From NCBI GenBank assembly GCA_964016885.1, contig OZ024740.1, forward strand, positions 258,354,001 through 258,418,000: a DNA stretch of 64,000 bases, read 5' to 3'. The notes beneath the pieces were generated by a model, which saw only the letters and a list, made by a program, of their open reading frames with translations, made no database searches and had not been told where the DNA came from. Positions 61,056-64,000 of this stretch are shown piece by piece. Position 1 is the stretch's first letter. Every line of letters begins with the position of its first letter. Made by a program: the position numbers and the translations under genes. The DNA comes from Eledone cirrhosa. Its lineage: Eukaryota.

Positions 61056-62830
61056 TACTATCAGAGCCATAGAGAAGCTGTCTTCTTCTTGGGCTACTAT
61101 CCTAAAGTTAAACACAGAGAAGGAGGACTCTATTTATTTTCACTGATAAAATAGAATATCACAGGGGTATATTTCAAGGAGACAGTCTCTCTTTGATACT
61201 ATTTATCCTGTCATTAAACCCCTTGTCCTTTCGGCTCAAGAAATGTAAAGGATACATCATTGGCTCACAGGAGGACAGGAATACGAACTTAACCCATCAT
61301 TTCTTTGTGGATGATCTATGCCAAGATCATAGATGGGATGAAGAAAAATCTTGACCTGGTTACAACGTTCTCAAAGGATATAGGAATGAAGTTTGGCCAA
61401 GATAAATGCTCATACATGACTGTAAAGCGGGGGAAAACTACAACCCAATCTAGCAACAATGTCATCAATGGCCTAACTGTCTCACCGATATCTGATGAGG
61501 ACTGCTACAGATTGCTGGGGATAGATGAGAACATATCCTATAATGGTATCTGTAATAAGGAACGCGTAACCAGCGAATATTACACCCGATTAAGAAAAAT
61601 ATTGTCATCGGAACTCTCTGCGCACAATAAAACAGTGGCTCACAATGTGTTTGCTGTGCCTGTCCTAACACCAATGTTTGGAATACTCAATTGGACGATA
61701 GACGAAGTCCGAGCAATTGATGTTAGAACTCGAAAAATACTAAACAACACCGGAAACTTCCACATCAACAGTGACATAGACCGCCTTTCCTTGAAACGTA
61801 AGTAGGGAGGCATAGGCCTAACATCAGTCCAGACAGCATTTGAATGTCGCATCATATCCCTCTGACAACATCTACGAACATCGAAGCGTAGGACCCCGTC
61901 TCTCGAGAAAATCTACATGCATGAGACAGATAAGATCATGAGAATTGGGAAAGAACTTATTGAAAGATATTCCCTTCGTGATAATCAAATTCTCACACAC
62001 AGGGCAGTTGCTCAGCAGTACCGCAGTTAATCTATGGATGAAAAACTGTATGCTTATGAGCTAAAAATCATGCATGGATATGTTGCCAGGAAGCTTCAGA
62101 GTGAGAGTAATATAGATAAACAAAGTAGTCTATCTTGGACCAACAACCGCTGGATACGCTTTTGCAATCCAAGAACAGGAAATCAACACGACATACCTGA
62201 TTCACAAAAGAGATAGGGATGGAGGCAAAACACCTAGATGTGACAACAAATGCAGACTCTGCAGAATTAACATCGAAGATGTCACCCATGTCATAAGCAG
62301 CTGTCCAAAGATGTCATCAGCGTACCTATGAGTCGTGAAGTAGTGGCCAAAACACTGTAGGATGCAATCTGTAGAAAAGATAGCCCTGATAATAAACACA
62401 TTAAAAGCTACAGCAATGTGGAAGACATACGTATACATAATATGAAAGAGTACTGGTGGAATGTTCCAGTAAAAACCCCAATAAAATGCAGACATAACTG
62501 ACCAGATATAATGTTATGGGACAGGGAAAAGAAGGCATGCACAGTAGTGGAAGTTCGCTGCCCAGAAGATGCCAATATAATATCAAAGATTAGCGAAAAG
62601 GGGAATATCTATGCAGAACTAATGAGAAATCTGCAGATACTCCACTCTGACTATACCTTCAGATTTATGCCTGTGATTATTGGGGCATTGGGATATTTTA
62701 GTAACTTCCTCAATATAAATCTTGAGAAGCTGGGCTTCACAGAAACAGAAAGAACACAACTAGTTAGTAAATTACAAGTACAATCCATTAATGGAACAGT
62801 AAAAATATGTAAAACATTCCAAAATTTTGA
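61036..62830 (+). mobile_element. Second R4/Dong-like element, 5'-truncated
   Basis: GIFQGDSLS, HHFFVDD, FSKDIGMKFGQDKC, MHGY, CRLC..EDVTHVISSCP and PDIMLWDREKK..VVEVRCP. Confidence 0.88.
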
Positions 62831-63087
62831 ATCTAATAACTGCATATACACATGTACAGATACAAAGCGTATGCACATGCACACATACAACTCAAAGCAT
62901 ACACATCCACACATACAATAACATACATACCTGCACACACAAGCATGCATGCAGACATGCATATATATCTACCTAGTTGTGGTGTAAATTCAAATGAGAG
63001 TCTTGTAACTATGTTAGAAACTGACTCTCTCTCTCTATTGGCAAAAATTTGTGAAATTATAAAACCAGAAGAACATACATACATACA

Positions 63088-64000
63088 GCATTTGAGTGTC
63101 GCATCATATCCCTCCCCCAATATCTACGAACACCAGGCGTAGAAGCCCTTCTAGAGAACTAGTCTCTCTACAGGAGGCAGATAATATCATGGGAGTCAGG
63201 AAGGAGCTGCTTGAGAGATATTCCCTGCATGATAACCAAAACGTCAGATCCAGGGAAATTGCACAGCAATATCGCAGTGAATTTATGCTTTCCACCAATA
63301 AATTATGTGAAGTTATGTTGCCAGAAAGCTTCAAAGTGAGAGTAATATAAATAAGGAGATAGTCTATGTTGGACCAACAACCTATAAATTGGCTCTCACT
63401 TTGACACATATGCTCTTGCAATCCTAGTACAGGAAATGACAACGAAATACCTGATGCACAAAAGAGATAGGGATGCAGGCAAAATATTTAGATGTGACAA
63501 CAGAGGCAGATTCTGCAGAATCTGTTAACCACAATATAAGCAGATGTCCAAAGATATTGTCACAATACTATGTACCTATGAGGCATGACATAATGACCGA
63601 ATCACTATACAATGAAATTCGCAGGAAAGATAATCCTGAGAATAAACATAAAATGTTACAGTGATGTGGGGAGCATATGCACATAATATAAAAGAGAATT
63701 GATGGAATGTTCCAATCAAACCCCAATAAAATGCAAACATAACAAATCAGACATGGGGAAATGGGACAGAGAAAAGAAGGCATGCACAGTAGTGGACCTC
63801 AGCTGCCCAGCTGATTTCAATATAGTGCTAAAGATTAGCGAAAAGATAACTTTTTTCTGAACTAATGAGGAATCTGCAGATACTCCACTCTGAGTCTACC
63901 TTTACATTTGTATCTGTGATTATTGGGGTTCTGTAATATGTTACTAACTGCCTCAATATAAATCATGAAAAGCTGGTCTTCACAGAACCAGAAATAGTAC
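63088..64000 (+). mobile_element. Third R4/Dong-like fragment, running off the window end
   Basis: Colinear with 61835-62750 and begins right after CATACATACATA. Confidence 0.85.

Overview
This is repeat-saturated eukaryotic DNA, AT-rich and full of (TA)n, (CA)n, (GA)n and (CATA)n tracts. The SINE family and repeat mix suggest an octopus or other cephalopod (inference). I found no host gene exon, and most ORFs in the track are microsatellite translations. Real coding remnants are all decayed retroelements: Penelope-like elements (PLEs; Neptune-like and Nematis-like, RT plus C-terminal GIY-YIG), L1/Tx1-like, RTE-like and R4/Dong-like (RLE) LINEs. There are about 13 copies of a tRNA-derived SINE. 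The main observation is a set of type I hammerhead ribozymes (HHRs) read directly from the sequence. A 420-bp head-to-tail array (24549-26252) carries one minimal HHR per unit, and dispersed copies show compensatory stem I changes, as expected for a non-LTR retrozyme that could make circular RNA. At least five unrelated HHR-bearing families are also present, including non-canonical cores (CAGAAGA, CCGANGA) and one HHR with an ~80-nt stem II. Many of these insertions are fold-back palindromes within (TA)n. All folds and alignments were done by eye, so boundaries are approximate.
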